A stretch of DNA of 32,000 bases from an uncultured Verrucomicrobiota bacterium (GCA_942493075.1 OW818681.1:4156964-4188963); one strand, 5' to 3'. Positions 16,688 through 24,657 are shown, numbered from the stretch's first letter. Numbers and translations: made by a program. Notes: generated by a model from the letters alone, not told the origin.

Positions 16688-17362
16688 CTAGGGCTCAAGC
16701 CCTGTGAGCAAATCATCATCCCACTCCCTGCGCTCTTTGATGAGAGACTCAGCTTGCCGGAACAAGTGCGCGCGCGATGGCAGCTTCGATTTTGCGGGTA
16801 GCGTCGCGGTCAACAAACCCACAAGCAAGTTGGTGGAGAGTGTAGCATAATTCGTGTTTGCAACTATAGAATCCACGTCGGCAAATCGACCCCTACGAAA
16901 GAATTGATCTATGCGTTCATAAAGCAGGTCCAAAGCCGCATGCACGCGACCCTGTTTGTCTAGCCTGATCATCGGCTCAAAGAACTGGCTCCCTGAACGG
17001 TCCGGCGTTTCCGTGCAAACCATCGAGCGCTTAGGTAAATACCTGCGCTCGTACCCCAACTCCAAGAGGCGTGAGGCGTGGAAAATGTTGTGAGACAATT
17101 GTTTTGCGCAGAAGCCGAAGTCTTCATCCTTGGTGAAGACCTCAAAGACATCTTCATCTGGGAGTGCGCAAGTGCAAAATTGGGAGAAAACAGATAGGTA
17201 ATTCTCCTTAGCGGCCTGCTGTTGACGTCCCGGATTTAAGAAAACGACACGGCCAGTGGGTTGTGTTTCTCCGGAACGAGTTCTTCTGGTGGAATCCCGC
17301 CAGAGATCTTTGACAGACAAAGGAAAAAATTCTCTTGTGTAAGATATCGGAACCTCATTCAT
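16688..17362 (-). CDS. Hypothetical protein (224 aa from the Met of MNEVPISY)
   Basis: The ATG at 17362 gives an ATGAATGA overlap with the stop of the upstream 232-aa ORF (17355-17357). The track start at 17419 would overlap by 65 nt. I recognise no family. Confidence 0.6.
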   Translation of the reverse strand: MNEVPISYTREFFPLSVKDLWRDSTRRTRSGETQPTGRVVFLNPGRQQQAAKENYLSVFSQFCTCALPDEDVFEVFTKDEDFGFCAKQLSHNIFHASRLLELGYERRYLPKRSMVCTETPDRSGSQFFEPMIRLDKQGRVHAALDLLYERIDQFFRRGRFADVDSIVANTNYATLSTNLLVGLLTATLPAKSKLPSRAHLFRQAESLIKERREWDDDLLTGLEP

Positions 17363-18053
17363 TGTTACCTTGCCTCCCTGGAATAATTGTTGGGATTTTT
17401 GCCTTAGCTTGGAGTTCACTCTGAGCAGTCCTCGATTTAAGCATTGCGCGCTCGCACTGCTTCATGAGGAGCTGGATGTCATCCTCGTCAATCGAGAGGC
17501 TGAGGACGTGGTCTCCTTGGGGGTCGTCGTAACGGACAATGAGCGTGTGCGAAATGACCGTGCCACGCAGCTGTGTGGCGTCGTCACTGAATACAGGACG
17601 GATATCAGTGAGAATGCGGGCGCGCTGGAGGAGTTCAGCATGCTCATACGAAAGATCGAGGGCTTTGGCTGAGAGATAAATAATCTCTGAGTTGAAGAGG
17701 TTCTTAACTTCTCGCTCTACACCTTTCCAAGCCTCAAATTGCTCGTGTGTCCAACCAGACTCAGACGGGTCCAACGCAAGTCGGAGAGCGCCGAAAATCT
17801 GATTAGGGTTGATATTCAGATTCCTTAGCACCCCGTGCAGTGCTAGCAATTGGCGAAGGATGGGCTCACTTGCAGACCCCGAGGCGGGCCCTAGAGCAGC
17901 GGCGATCGCCTCCTGCAGTTTACCGGGCGAAACTGGCTCTTGAGGCAAGCTGTTGAGGTGTTGAGTCAGCCTTTGGACGGTTTCTGAGCCAAGTTCAGAA
18001 ATCAATGCCAAATCGGCCTTATGCTGCGCTTGCAGCCTAATCTGGGGTTCCAT
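17355..18053 (-). CDS. Hypothetical protein (232 aa)
   Basis: First gene of a three-gene lower-GC cluster. An AT-richer 244-nt intergenic region lies upstream. I recognise no family. Confidence 0.6.
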   Translation of the reverse strand: MEPQIRLQAQHKADLALISELGSETVQRLTQHLNSLPQEPVSPGKLQEAIAAALGPASGSASEPILRQLLALHGVLRNLNINPNQIFGALRLALDPSESGWTHEQFEAWKGVEREVKNLFNSEIIYLSAKALDLSYEHAELLQRARILTDIRPVFSDDATQLRGTVISHTLIVRYDDPQGDHVLSLSIDEDDIQLLMKQCERAMLKSRTAQSELQAKAKIPTIIPGRQGNNE

Positions 18054-18297
18054 GTCAGTTATTAAGCATGTCGGTTTAGCCGGATATTACAGTTATTGCG
18101 ACTTCACGCAAGAGCATGCATGATTTTTCAGAGAACTGCTCTAAATGACCAACAGACAGCTTCATCTCTCGTCAGTTAAGTATTTGGCATAAAGAAAGTC
18201 AAGGCCCTGAAGTTGACCGCCCCAGAGCGAAATTCAAGCTCATTTCCGCACTTTCATACGTAATCGTGGCTCATGAACCGGCTTTGTCAATCCGAGT

Positions 18298-19137
18298 CTA
18301 ATACCTATCCTCGTTCAAGCTCCTGTCGAGTTGCGCTGAGGCAACTATGGCGAAGGCTGAGTGATTGTGGATGCTTTCCTGGTTAACGGCGCGGACTTCG
18401 AACCAGGTGATGCGTTTGTCTTTCTTTAAGAGGTGGGCGGCGTTGCGGACGACGTCCTCGACGAAGACTGGGTTATCGAAAGCTTGCATGGTGACGTGGC
18501 GTTCGTCAGGACGTTTTAGAAGGGGATAGACGGGAGCGGATGCGGAACGTTCGGCGATATCAATGAGTTCCTCGATCCAGATGAGTTCCCATAGACCGTT
18601 CGTGCGCTTGGGACGGACCGTGACGGTGACCTGTCCCCGCTGATTGTGGGCACCGTAGTCACTGATTTCTTTGGAACAGGGGCAAAGGGTGGTGACTGGC
18701 ACTTTGACACGAAGAAGGAAGTCGTCCGTCTTTCCGTTGGACTGGCCGATAAAGGTGCAGCGGTAGTCCATAGGTGCCTGGGACCCAGACACGGGTGCGG
18801 TGCGGGTTAGGAAGTATGGAAATTCGACCTCGATGTGGGCGGCTTCCGAATCGAGATGCTGCTTAAGATCATGGAGGATGGCAGGCAGGGTTCGCATGGT
18901 TACCTCGCCCTGGTGCCGGCTGAGAATTTCGAGGAACCGGCTCATGTGGGTGCCTTTGAAGTGGTGCGGGAGGCTTACCGACATGGAGATAGTGGCGACC
19001 GTTTGTTGCTTTTGATTCTGACGGTCGAGGACGGCAATAGGAAAAGAGAGGTCGCAGATGCCAACGTTATCTATTGGCACGCCGCGGCGGTCTTTGGTTT
19101 TCTGGATGTCGGGTAACTGGCGAGCGGGAGATTTCAT
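18298..19137 (-). CDS. folE2: GTP cyclohydrolase I type 2 (FolE2/IB)
   Basis: IDNVG...LPHHFKGTHMSRF is the FolE2 signature. About 280 aa. It starts 3 nt after the queD stop. Confidence 0.88.
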   Translation of the reverse strand: MKSPARQLPDIQKTKDRRGVPIDNVGICDLSFPIAVLDRQNQKQQTVATISMSVSLPHHFKGTHMSRFLEILSRHQGEVTMRTLPAILHDLKQHLDSEAAHIEVEFPYFLTRTAPVSGSQAPMDYRCTFIGQSNGKTDDFLLRVKVPVTTLCPCSKEISDYGAHNQRGQVTVTVRPKRTNGLWELIWIEELIDIAERSASAPVYPLLKRPDERHVTMQAFDNPVFVEDVVRNAAHLLKKDKRITWFEVRAVNQESIHNHSAFAIVASAQLDRSLNEDRY

Positions 19138-19140
19138 GAA

Positions 19141-19596
19141 TCAATCCCAGTATTCGGCCCAGGAGCAACTGGTTTCCCAAAGGCGAACTTTCACTACGCG
19201 AACCGTGGAACGTAAAGGATAGGGTGCGGCGGGGTCGGCGGCGTAAGTCGCGAGCTTGGCTTTGACGACGTCATGGATTGTCTTGGCCATGACTTCGGTA
19301 GTGGGATCCATGCATTCAAAAGCCACCACGCGATCACCGAACGCAGCCTTCAGGGGTGTGAAGTTGGGGTCCTGAGTGTTGACGCAGATCGCGTGATCGA
19401 GTGTTTTAAGATAATCGTTAAGGCTGGCTTTGAGAGCCTTGAAATCACAGACCATCTCGTTGGAATCGAGCGTGTCCGCTTCAATTACGACTTCAACTTT
19501 GCGGCTGTGGCCGTGGGGGAATTTGCACAGGTCGGGGTGCTTTGAAAGCATGTGTCCGTTCTCGATTTCGAAGGTTTTACAGATGCGGTATGGCAT
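19141..19596 (-). CDS. queD: 6-carboxy-5,6,7,8-tetrahydropterin synthase
   Basis: FEIENGHML...CKFPHGHSRKVEVVI (His triad of the PTPS/QueD family). 151 aa. It directly abuts the queE stop. Confidence 0.88.
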   Translation of the reverse strand: MPYRICKTFEIENGHMLSKHPDLCKFPHGHSRKVEVVIEADTLDSNEMVCDFKALKASLNDYLKTLDHAICVNTQDPNFTPLKAAFGDRVVAFECMDPTTEVMAKTIHDVVKAKLATYAADPAAPYPLRSTVRVVKVRLWETSCSWAEYWD

Positions 19597-20289
19597 TTAG
19601 GTTCCTCGTGTGTGGCCAAAGAGTTCGACGTGAAGACGGTTGCAATAGCGGTAGCCATGGCGTTTGCAGACGTCCAAAAGGGTTTCGGCTCGACCGCGAA
19701 GCACGGCTGTTGATGTGCCCTCGGGCATGAGCAGGATTTTTGCTGGCGGGACTTTTTGACGGAGGTCGTGCAGGAGGGATTGGATTTCCTGAACATCCGA
19801 GGCGGAGTTGACTACGAACTTGAGCTGATATGTGTAGTGATCGAGCCACTCGGAGATTACGGCTGGGTGCCGCCTTAGGTTTTCATGCTTCTCGCGCCAA
19901 GCCGTCGGCAGCCGGTTATCCGGAGCTGAGTTGCTGAGCTTTGGACTGAGTGACGCGAGATCGCAGATGATGCCATTCGGCGGGACGGTTGCCGCCGTCT
20001 CGATGGTTATATGTTTCCCTGCCTGGCGAAGAGCTGCTGCGAGTTCGTGAATTCCCTTGGCGATCATCGGCTCGCCGCCGGTTAGAACGCAATGCTGAGC
20101 GGGGAAAGAATCCACCTTGCGGAGAATTTCGTCCGGAGCCATGTCTTTGCCTTCCGGGTCCCACGAGGCGTACATGGTGTCGCACCAGTTGCAGCGGAGG
20201 TTGCAACCGGAGGTCCGAATAAAAACGGACGGGACGCCCGTGAGTTCGCCTTCGCCCTGGATGGAATAGAATATCTCCGATATAAGCAT
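19597..20289 (-). CDS. queE: 7-carboxy-7-deazaguanine synthase (radical SAM)
   Basis: True start is the ATG at 20289 (MLISEIFYSIQGEGELTGVPSVFIRTSGCNLRCNWCDT). The 91-codon N-terminal extension in the track runs through queC and is rejected. Confidence 0.9.
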   Translation of the reverse strand: MLISEIFYSIQGEGELTGVPSVFIRTSGCNLRCNWCDTMYASWDPEGKDMAPDEILRKVDSFPAQHCVLTGGEPMIAKGIHELAAALRQAGKHITIETAATVPPNGIICDLASLSPKLSNSAPDNRLPTAWREKHENLRRHPAVISEWLDHYTYQLKFVVNSASDVQEIQSLLHDLRQKVPPAKILLMPEGTSTAVLRGRAETLLDVCKRHGYRYCNRLHVELFGHTRGT

Positions 20290-20290
20290 T

Positions 20291-20995
20291 TCAGGCCCCG
20301 ATGGTGGGAGCAGGCTTAGGCGGCAGTGGAGATGTTTCTGCGTAGGTGGTTGGGTCAGAGAGACCGGCGAGCATGAACGCCTCCCGACGCTCGACGCAAG
20401 TGCCGCAGGTGCCGCAGTGTATTGCTCCGCCCTTGTAGCAGGACCAGGTTTTGGAAAAATCGACGCCGAGCTCGTAGCCGCGGCGGGCGATTTCCGCTTT
20501 GGTGAAGCGAATGAAGGGGCGGAGAATCTGGATTTGGGCGTAGGTTCCAAGGCGGATGGCATCGGCCATGGCTTTCATGAAATCCTCGCGGCAGTCTGGA
20601 TAGATGGCGTGGTCTCCGGCGTGGGCAGCTATGACGAGGCCCTGGGCCTCAATCGATTCGGCAAACCCGCCAGCAATTGAGAGCATGATGCCGTTGCGAA
20701 AGGGAACAACGGTCTGCTTCATCGTTTGCTCCTCATAGTGACCGTCGGGGACAGTGCCACCTGACTTGAGGAGGTCAGATTTGAAAAGCTGGGAAACGAA
20801 GTCGAGTTGGATGGTACGATGGGAGATTCCGAGTTGGTCGCAGTGGTAGGCAGCGAAAGGGATCTCCCTGTGGTTGTGCTTGGAACCGTAGTCGAAGCTG
20901 AGGGCGCCGACAACTTGATAGGCCTGATTGGCTTCGTAGAGGGCGGCAACCGAGTCCATCCCACCGCTAACAAGAACTACGACTTGGGTTTTCAT
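20291..20995 (-). CDS. queC: 7-cyano-7-deazaguanine (preQ0) synthase
   Basis: True start is the ATG at 20995 (MKTQVVVLVSGGMDS, PP-loop SGGxDS). C-terminal Zn-binding CGTCGTCVERREAF. Confidence 0.9.
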   Translation of the reverse strand: MKTQVVVLVSGGMDSVAALYEANQAYQVVGALSFDYGSKHNHREIPFAAYHCDQLGISHRTIQLDFVSQLFKSDLLKSGGTVPDGHYEEQTMKQTVVPFRNGIMLSIAGGFAESIEAQGLVIAAHAGDHAIYPDCREDFMKAMADAIRLGTYAQIQILRPFIRFTKAEIARRGYELGVDFSKTWSCYKGGAIHCGTCGTCVERREAFMLAGLSDPTTYAETSPLPPKPAPTIGA

Positions 20996-20999
20996 CGCA

Positions 21000-21440
21000 T
21001 CATGAATGGAGAGTAGTGACCGGGTCTGGGTGCTCTGCAGTGACGGTAAGGGATAAGCCTCCTCGCGGAACAAATTTGCCTTCGATCTTTATGCGCCGTG
21101 GGCGGCAAGCCTTAACCAGGTCGTCGAGGACGCTGTTTATAACCTGCTCGTTGAACGAGTGCACGTTGCGGTACGAGGACAGGTAGAGCTTGAGGGACTT
21201 GGTCTCGATGCAAAGCTTGTCGGGGATGTAATCTACGAGAATCTCTGCGAAATCGGGCTGGCCGGTGACCGGGCAGAGGGAGGTAAAATCGGGACAGTCG
21301 AGACGGATGGAATAGTCGCGGTTCGGTTTGGGGTTTGGGAACGTTTCGATCGTGGCCGACTGCGGAGACTTGGGGAACGCCGCCTCGGAGTTTCCAAGAA
21401 GCGTCAGACTGGCGTATTTCTTATTTCGGGACCGTTTCAT
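21000..21440 (-). CDS. queF: NADPH-dependent 7-cyano-7-deazaguanine reductase (preQ0 -> preQ1), unimodular type
   Basis: True start is the ATG at 21440 (MKRSRNKKY). It has the catalytic-Cys motif SLCPVTGQPDF and the QueF motif IETKSLKLYLSSYRN. The upstream 163 codons of the track ORF are R/H/P-rich shadow sequence. Confidence 0.88.
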   Translation of the reverse strand: MKRSRNKKYASLTLLGNSEAAFPKSPQSATIETFPNPKPNRDYSIRLDCPDFTSLCPVTGQPDFAEILVDYIPDKLCIETKSLKLYLSSYRNVHSFNEQVINSVLDDLVKACRPRRIKIEGKFVPRGGLSLTVTAEHPDPVTTLHS

Positions 21441-21680
21441 TTCGTGGCCGTCAGCATGGCATTTTTCTTCGCAAGAGAAAATTGAAATCGCGCGAGGAAT
21501 GGAGGGTGGGCATACGGGCGGGAGGAGGGGGCAGTGCGACAGGGGGACGGGGGTAGGGTGTGACATTTGCTGGCATAACCGGTAGGATCGGGTATGCGAC
21601 AGAAGCGACTCGGCCCAAAACAGGCGGCACGCGGGAAGAATGAGGGGGATTTGTGGGCGCATGGTTACGGTCGGGCGGCG

Positions 21681-22649
21681 ATGGAACGGATGATGCGGAT
21701 TCATCGAAAGATCGAGGATCGCGAATACCCGAACTGCACCAAGATGTCGGCGGAGTTTGAAGTCAGCGTGCGGACGCTGAAGCGGGATATCGAGTTCATG
21801 AGGGATCGGTTGGAGTTGCCGATCGCTTTTGATGTGCCGAAGAATGGCTACTTTTTCACCAAGTCGGTGCCGCATTTCCCGAGGGTTCCCCTGACTGAAC
21901 GGGAGATTGTGGGGTTGTTCGTAGCGCAAAAGACGATCGCGCAGTATCAGGGGACTTCACTTCAGCCGGTTCTGGATTCCGCTTTCCGGAAAATGACGGC
22001 GCAATTGGATGATAGCGTGCAGTTCTCGCTTGATGGGGTGGATGAGGTGATGTCGATCCGTCCGTTTGCACCTGGGGATGCGGAGCTGGAGACGTTTGAG
22101 ATCCTGACCCGAGCGGTTCGCGAGCGGCGCGTGGTGCGGTTTGTGTATCGGAAGCATGGGGAGCAGAAGCAACTGCAGAAGTGTGTGCATCCGTATCGGG
22201 TGGCTTACGTGAATAATCAGTGGACGCTTTTTGCGCGTGACCCTAAGGCGGGTGCGCTGGTGCGGAAGTTCATCCTGGCCCGGCTGAGCAAGCCGGAGTT
22301 GTCGGCGGAAAAGTTTAGCGTTTCTGAGCGGTTCGATCTGGACAAGGAGTTGAGTGGCAGCCTGGGGGTGTTCAAGGGGAAGGATGATTACGAGGTGGTG
22401 GTGGAGTTCGATGCCTGGGGTGCGGATGATGTCCGGGGCCGGCTCTGGCATCCGAGCCAGGAGTTGACCGATCACCCAGGGGGCGGGCTTACCTTAAAGA
22501 TGCGTTTGAACAGTTTGGAGGAGGTGGAGCGGTGGGTGCTCGGTTATGGGAGGCATGCGACGGTTGTGGGGCCGGCGGAGCTGAGGGAGAGGGTGCGGGG
22601 TGTGGCCAGCGATTTGGTGAAGAGGTATGGGGGAAAAGCTAAAAGCTGA
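21681..22649 (+). CDS. WYL-domain transcriptional regulator (wHTH-WYL-WCX architecture)
   Basis: MERMMRIHRKIEDREYPNCTKMSAEFEVSVRTLKRDIEFMRDRLELPI is a DeoR/HTH_11-like N-terminus. The central part has VVRFVYRK...VHPYRVAYVNNQWTLFA (WYL-like SH3 strands). The start is ambiguous: ATG 21594 is in frame, and I prefer 21681. The gene is divergent from queF. Confidence 0.8.
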   Translation: MERMMRIHRKIEDREYPNCTKMSAEFEVSVRTLKRDIEFMRDRLELPIAFDVPKNGYFFTKSVPHFPRVPLTEREIVGLFVAQKTIAQYQGTSLQPVLDSAFRKMTAQLDDSVQFSLDGVDEVMSIRPFAPGDAELETFEILTRAVRERRVVRFVYRKHGEQKQLQKCVHPYRVAYVNNQWTLFARDPKAGALVRKFILARLSKPELSAEKFSVSERFDLDKELSGSLGVFKGKDDYEVVVEFDAWGADDVRGRLWHPSQELTDHPGGGLTLKMRLNSLEEVERWVLGYGRHATVVGPAELRERVRGVASDLVKRYGGKAKS

Positions 22650-22820
22650 AGGCTAAGGGATGAAGGCTGAGGGCGGAAGGCTGGGGATGGACACGGACAG
22701 GCACGGACGGACACAGAGCGCGAGGGGCGGGGCGACAGTGGGCGGCACGGACTGACACGGACCTGCATGGACAGGCACACGGACGGTGGACAGTGCGACG
22801 GTAGGCAGTTCGCCAGCGGG
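22634..22820 (+). repeat. Composite micro-repeat block A (RAAGGCT heptamers, ACGGAC-type units, CAGTGCG units)
   Basis: aaaagct aaaagct gaaggct aagggat gaaggct gagggcg gaaggct. This is followed by atggacacggacaggcacggacggacac...cacggactgacacggacc...ggacaggcacacggacgg, then gacagtgcgacggtaggcagttcgccagcggg. The WYL gene stop TGA (22647-22649) lies inside gcTGAaggct. Confidence 0.8.
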
Positions 22821-23038
22821 AATGCACGGGCGGGGGCATGGGTCCGCCTACGCTGAAGCTTCTGCGCGACACGCGGGTGCAGGGGTTGCTAACTCCTGCC
22901 AGGTGCGGACGGAGTCCGCGAAAAATTTTCCTCTGTGTCGCGGAAGCCGGGCCGACGGGAGGCCCGGCGAAATTTTTTGGCGTTTGGTGCCTGGTGCTGC
23001 CCACATGCGACCGCCACGGCGGGAGCCGCGCAAATCTG

Positions 23039-23112
23039 CCAAGGGGGCAGTCACCGGCTGGCAAATTAGATGCCGCACTATCCCGACGGGTCGGGAGGTG
23101 ACTGCCCCTTGG
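23039..23112. other. 16-bp inverted repeat with structured 41-nt spacer
   Basis: ccaagggggcagtcacc (23039-23055) pairs with ggtgactgccccttgg (23097-23112), with one bulged G. The spacer contains its own hairpin cccgac-gg-gtcggg. Confidence 0.6.
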
Positions 23113-23542
23113 CCAGAGTCATAGGAGGGTCGGCTCTTCGTGGTGGGTGGTGTTTGCATTCCTGAGGTTTGGCGTTCGGGTCGGTGGTGCTCGAAGTAGT
23201 TGAGAGTTCCGAGTTGAGAGTTGAAGGTTGGGCGTGGCACTCCTGCGGTTTCGCGTTTGGGTCGGTCGTATAAACCAATTCCTGGCCGCACTTGTGGCAG
23301 TGGGTCCAACCACTGCCAGCGGGATACCAGTTGATGCCGCACTGGGCGTGCCCGGGCGGGTGCTTTGCCCGGTAGGCGGCCTGGCGTGCGAGGCGGCGGG
23401 AGAGCTTTTCGAATTCCTTTTTTCGTTTGGCCTCGACCTTTGCTTGAAGGGCGTCCGCCTTCGCCTGGCTACGGCGCGACAAGGCGGCTTGCTCGGCGTC
23501 GCGTATGTGCTGTTCGAAAGGGAGGAAGGTTTGGGAGTTCAT
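23078..23542 (-). CDS. Hypothetical protein with coiled-coil N-terminus and Zn-ribbon-like HxxC...CxKCG segment
   Basis: I prefer the ATG at 23542 (MNSQTFLPFEQH). It contains the motif CGINWYPAGSGWTHCHKCGQ. The C-terminal third is built from a duplicated TDPNAKPQEC segment flanking a heptamer array, so the native C-terminus is uncertain. Confidence 0.5.
   Translation of the reverse strand: MNSQTFLPFEQHIRDAEQAALSRRSQAKADALQAKVEAKRKKEFEKLSRRLARQAAYRAKHPPGHAQCGINWYPAGSGWTHCHKCGQELVYTTDPNAKPQECHAQPSTLNSELSTTSSTTDPNAKPQECKHHPPRRADPPMTLAKGQSPPDPSG
23198..23232 (+). repeat. NGTTGAR heptamer micro-array (5 units) inside a CDS, flanked by 33-nt direct repeats
   Basis: agttgag agttccg agttgag agttgaa ggttggg. 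Flanks 23156-23188 and 23237-23269 are identical at 28 of 33 positions (gcattcctgaggtttggcgttcgggtcggtggt vs gcactcctgcggtttcgcgtttgggtcggtcgt). Confidence 0.8.
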
Positions 23543-23660
23543 AGGGGTGTGGTGACTGGATTGACCGGATTGACGGGATTTAAGGGCTCGAGCGTAGGAA
23601 CACATGAGAGAGTTGAGCGGGGAGGCGGCTTGCGAGACCGCCTCCCCTGCCCCGTTGCGT

Positions 23661-24116
23661 TTAGTCTTCGTCGGGTAGCATGACGGTGATGGCCGGGGCT
23701 GGGTTGTCGATGTCGAGCGGGCCTGCGGTGGCGATCAGCTTTGTCAGGCGGGCGGGTTTGTTATCGGAGTTGCGGACGTAAAGCGCCACAGGGAGCCTTC
23801 GGCTGGTTGATGGTTGAGTGTTGAAAGTTGAATGTTTCAGGATGGCAAAGCGGAGCATCCAAACGACGTCCCACAAGCGGCCGGCTTCATCTTGGGCAGT
23901 CACTCCAGGCGGAACGGCAACGCATTCTTCATAAACTCCGCGTGTGATGAAGACGGGGAAGCGGATACCGGCTTCCTGTGCGGTCTTGGTGACGTCGATT
24001 TGGAAGCCGTCGGCGATGGCCTGGGCGCGGGTGTAGGTGTAGATGAGTTCAAAGTTGAAGGTTGAAGGTTGATCGTCCGGATCACTAAGGGGCGGTTGAG
24101 GGTCTTGAGAGTTCAT
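23661..24116 (-). CDS. Hypothetical protein (151 aa) of mobile-element type
   Basis: The core YTRAQAIADGFQIDVTKTAQEAGIRFPVFITRGVYEECV...RLWDVVWML looks like a conserved small globular protein. I recall similar proteins next to radC/anti-restriction genes but cannot name the family. It contains two in-frame heptamer arrays. Confidence 0.65.
   Translation of the reverse strand: MNSQDPQPPLSDPDDQPSTFNFELIYTYTRAQAIADGFQIDVTKTAQEAGIRFPVFITRGVYEECVAVPPGVTAQDEAGRLWDVVWMLRFAILKHSTFNTQPSTSRRLPVALYVRNSDNKPARLTKLIATAGPLDIDNPAPAITVMLPDED
23805..23832 (+). repeat. NGTTGAR heptamer micro-array (4 units) inside a CDS
   Basis: ggttgat ggttgag tgttgaa agttgaa. On the minus strand it is read as HSTFNTQPST in the middle of the 151-aa protein. 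Confidence 0.75.
24053..24073 (+). repeat. NGTTGAR heptamer micro-array (3 units) inside a CDS
   Basis: agttgaa ggttgaa ggttgat. The 17-mer aagttgaaggttgaagg (24052-24068) is identical to 27221-27237. On the minus strand it is read as QPSTFNFEL near the N-terminus. Confidence 0.75.
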
Positions 24117-24135
24117 AGAGGGGATTGGTTAGGGG

Positions 24136-24657
24136 TTAGGCGTAGAAGTAGCCGAGTTCGCGCAAGCTGGCGTGGCCGGGGTTTCCCATGATGACATGAT
24201 CGAGGACTTCGACTTTGAGGAGCTGTCCCGAGCGGATAAGGTCGCGCGTGACTTTGATGTCAGCTTCGCTTGGGGTGGGTTCTCCGCTCGGGTGGTTGTG
24301 CATGAGGACAAGCGCGGCGGCGGAAGTCATGACGGCAAGGCGGAACACGGTGACTGGATGAACCAAGAGGGTGTCATGAGTGCCCATGGTGACGATTTGA
24401 TGGGCCTTAATCCGATGACGGGTGTTGAGTAACAACACGGTGAAGCATTCGCATTCGGGGTTGAAATAAGGGTTGGGAGTGACATGGAGGCGCCAGTAGT
24501 CGGCGGCTTTCTGCGGAGTGTCGCAGATCTGCAGGGTTTCTGGCGTGGGGCATTCGCGGAGCGGGACAACCTTATACTCGTGAGGCTGCGCTGCGAATTG
24601 GAACGGCTTAACAATGTCGTCCAGGCCGGGGAGTTGGGGAGTAAAAGCGGTGTTCAT
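24136..24657 (-). CDS. radC: RadC-like JAB/MPN-domain protein (DUF2466 family)
   Basis: HDTLLVHPVTVFRLAVMTSAAALVLMHNHPSGEPTPSEADIKVTRDLIRSG contains the HNHPSG...S..D JAMM-like motif typical of RadC homologues on mobile elements. Confidence 0.88.
   Translation of the reverse strand: MNTAFTPQLPGLDDIVKPFQFAAQPHEYKVVPLRECPTPETLQICDTPQKAADYWRLHVTPNPYFNPECECFTVLLLNTRHRIKAHQIVTMGTHDTLLVHPVTVFRLAVMTSAAALVLMHNHPSGEPTPSEADIKVTRDLIRSGQLLKVEVLDHVIMGNPGHASLRELGYFYA

Noticed and set aside
21441-21680. preQ1 riboswitch upstream of queF
   Set aside because: Reading the minus strand, I could not find the small P1 hairpin plus A-rich tail/pseudoknot pattern. This needs a covariance-model scan to settle, so it is not reported as a feature.
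19597-21929. Long N-terminal extensions of the queE (to 20562), queC (to 21073) and queF (to 21929) ORFs in the track
   Set aside because: The extensions overlap the preceding genes or the divergent promoter region and are P/R/H/S-rich. Canonical family N-termini begin at internal ATGs (20289, 20995, 21440), which give 0-4 nt gene spacing.
22634-22820. Possible CRISPR array (also considered at 28486-28553 and 30894-31027)
   Set aside because: The units are 7-8 nt and directly tandem, with no 25-40 nt repeats and no unique spacers. No cas genes are present.
22639-23342. Several 87-164 aa ORFs on both strands in the repeat-rich junction
   Set aside because: They overlap each other and the micro-repeat blocks. 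They are R/P/G/A-rich and have no motifs, so they are most likely non-coding.
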